Of a stretch of 32,718 nt of DNA, positions 24,001 through 27,000 are shown one piece after another. Origin of the DNA: Elusimicrobiota bacterium (GTDB lineage Bacteria; CG03; SLGR01; JBDRKX01); contig JBDRKX010000111.1 in assembly GCA_043813605.1 (NCBI GenBank), forward strand, positions 1 to 32,718, in the 5' to 3' direction. The notes under the pieces were generated by a model. That model had not been told where the DNA came from. It ran no database searches and saw only the letters and a list, made by a program, of their open reading frames with translations. Numbering within the stretch: position 1 is the first letter of the stretch; every line of letters starts with the position of its first letter. The position numbers were made by a program, and so were the translations under genes.

Positions 24001-27000
24001 ATATAGTCCATGTGGCCCCTTGTATAAGCTCTTCTGGGGATAGTCAGCCTGACAAGGTCGAGTTTTGCAAGCCTGCTCTCGCCTGTCCTGGGATCTCTTC
24101 CTTCAAGCAGAGAACCTATTTCAACCGCCCTAACTCCGCCTTCCAGGTATATCTCGGTTGTCAGCTTCTGCGCCGGGAACTCTTCCTGCTTCATGTGAGG
24201 GAAAAAACGTTTTGCATCGAGGAATACCGCATGGCCGCCTGCAGGCGTTACTATCGGTATTCCCTCATCCTCAAGCCTTTTTGCAAGATAACGGATCTGT
24301 TCGTGTCTGTATTTCAGATAATTTCCGTCAAGGCCTTCCCATATCCCTACTGCAAGCGATTCCATGTCTTCGGCGTTCATCCCGCCGTATGTCGGAAAAC
24401 CTTCGTCCCTTGTACCGAATATCTTCAGGAGTTCGTATATAGACTCTTTCCCGACAACTTCATCAATTCCCATCTTTTCCAGAGGAAGTCCGAGTTCGTT
24501 TATCTTAATATCGCGGGCCGCTACAAAACCGCCCATATGCACATGCGCGTCCTTCTTTGAGCTCATCAGCATCAAGTCGAAATTCTTCAACATCTCACGG
24601 GCTATATCTATGCGCTCCATATTCTGGTATCCGGGCCCCCTGTCCCTGATAAACTCGACATTTTCGGAGAATCTTGCTCCGTCAAGCGCAAGCAGTATCT
24701 TCCTGCCTGTCTTTTCGCTGTACTCATCGCAGAGTTCTTTAACAGCTTTCATATTTGCCAGAGATACCGGCTGGCCGCCGCCTGAGTTGTTCGTTGCGGT
24801 TATAAGAACATATGCTACCTTATCTGCACTCTTTTTAAAAAGCTCCCTGAGAGCTTTAATGTCAACATTCCCTTTAAAAGGGTTATCGCTTACCGCTTCG
24901 TATAATGCCTGTCCGGAAAGGTCAGTCGGAATACCGCCGGCTGTTTCTATCTGCGCTACGGTAGTATCAAAATGCTTGTTACCCGGGACCAGCATACCCG
25001 GTCTTACAAGGATACTGTCTACCACTTTCTCGGCGCCGCGGCCCTGATGCGTAGGCAGAACGATATCAAGACCGGCAGTACCCAGAACAGCATTTGAGAA
25101 CCGGTCAAAACTAGCCGAACCGGCATAGTCCTGCTGTGCTTTTTTTCTGACTTTTACCTGTTCAAGGCTCAATGCGCCCGTACCGCTGTCAGTAAGAAAA
25201 TCACCTCCCGGCCTGTCTTCGAAAGCAAGCTTAAACTGGTTCCAGCCGCGCGCCTTAAGTACTGCGAACCGGGCTGCTTTCGGCATCCTCTTATTCAGAA
25301 ATTCAACTACCCTAACTTTGAAAGGCGGCAATATAACAGTCTCGTATCTGCCTGGTTCTTTTATACCTTCACCTATCTCTGTGTTACGGGTGATACCTGA
25401 AGAACGCTCTTTTATCCTGGCAAGTACATATATAAGAAAATCAAGCTGGTCCCTGTCATATACCATACCGGGCACTTTCAGTTTTACGCTCTTTTTCGTA
25501 AATGACTCCACAGTCTCACCAAGAATACCGCCTTCAGCATAGATTTCCAGAAGAAGCCTTTTTGCCTTGTTTCCCCTGAAATCCGCAAGGATCTTTTTGG
25601 CATTTATCTCGATTGTATTTTCCTTTATGTTATATGTAAAACTGTCGGCAGGTATCCCCCTATCGATCATGGATTTAACAAGATATTCAATAGTATCTAT
25701 TTCATATTGTCTGAAATCGATACCCTCATATATCAAAGTTGCCATATCTTCTATCCTGCTTGCGCCAATATCGAATCCGTTCTTATATACAGCATCTTCA
25801 GATATCAGGCTTTTCCCTTTTCTTAGACTTACGAACCCGTACCTTGTAAATCCGTCCCTGTCTATATCTGAACCGCTTACAATCGCATCAAAAGAAGAGA
25901 CGATGTCTATATAGGCGATATAGTCACGTATATCCGTTATATCGAGAACAAGGAATTCATTCTTTGAATCAGCTTTTGTGCGCAACCTGTCCACTTTTGC
26001 AGCAACTGTATCAGGTGTGTCATTTTTCTTAACCAGACCGCCAAGGCCGACAACCCTGATCTTTTTTTCGAGTCCCAGATCGTCCAATAGCTTCAATCCG
26101 GCTTTCAGGTTCATTACAGGTATGGTTCTGTCAAACCCGGTTCCGTATACAGTGTATACGGCCCTCGCCAACTTATCGAGCGATGCATCAAGCCTGTACT
26201 TATACCTTTCACCTTTCTTTTCCGCAGCGGATTCAAAAATTCCTATTTCGTGATTATCCAGAGCCGCATATACCGTATCACTGATAGCCGGTTTCTGATC
26301 TGATGTAAGATCCATGTATACACCTGCCGGAGTTTCCGTTAATAATCCGATAATAGCTTTAGACGACTGTGGCGCAATTTCTCTTGCAGCTTCGATCCTT
26401 TCTTTCAGTCCGGCCATCTTTACATTCTCGACTACTTTGTTCCTGAAAGGAAGCGGAGTACTCACTGTACGGTACGGGCTTATCTCTCTTTTCAGCCTGT
26501 CTTCTGCACGGTTATTTTCCGGCCAGAGCAGTATTTCATCCTTCCCTGATATTTTTGCTTCTTTTACTTTTTGTGTGGTTGAGGTTTTCCGGGTATCTTC
26601 TTTGACCTTTTTCCTTGTTGCAGCTTCTGATATTGTTGCTGAAAGACGAACAGAATCATCTATAACTCTTTTCTTGTTTCTCAGGAACGGATCAGCGATC
26701 TCTTCTTTATCCTTCAATTGAGCATCGTACTTATCAAGAAACTCTTTCTGTATCCGTATTTCCTCGTCGGACAGTTTCCCGTATGTATCGATGTAAGCGG
26801 TAAACTCCATATCAGATTTGGTAGAATAGTCCATTTTTTCCCAAAGGTACTTATGATAAAATCCGGCAGCGCCTTTGTCTGCTGCCCAGAATACTTTAAT
26901 AATATTTTTTGTTCTCAACCGGCGTATCAGTGAATCCAGAAGATATATCCCGCGGCCTTCATGCTCCTGGTCAGTCCGCAGGTGATCGAGCATAACGGAA

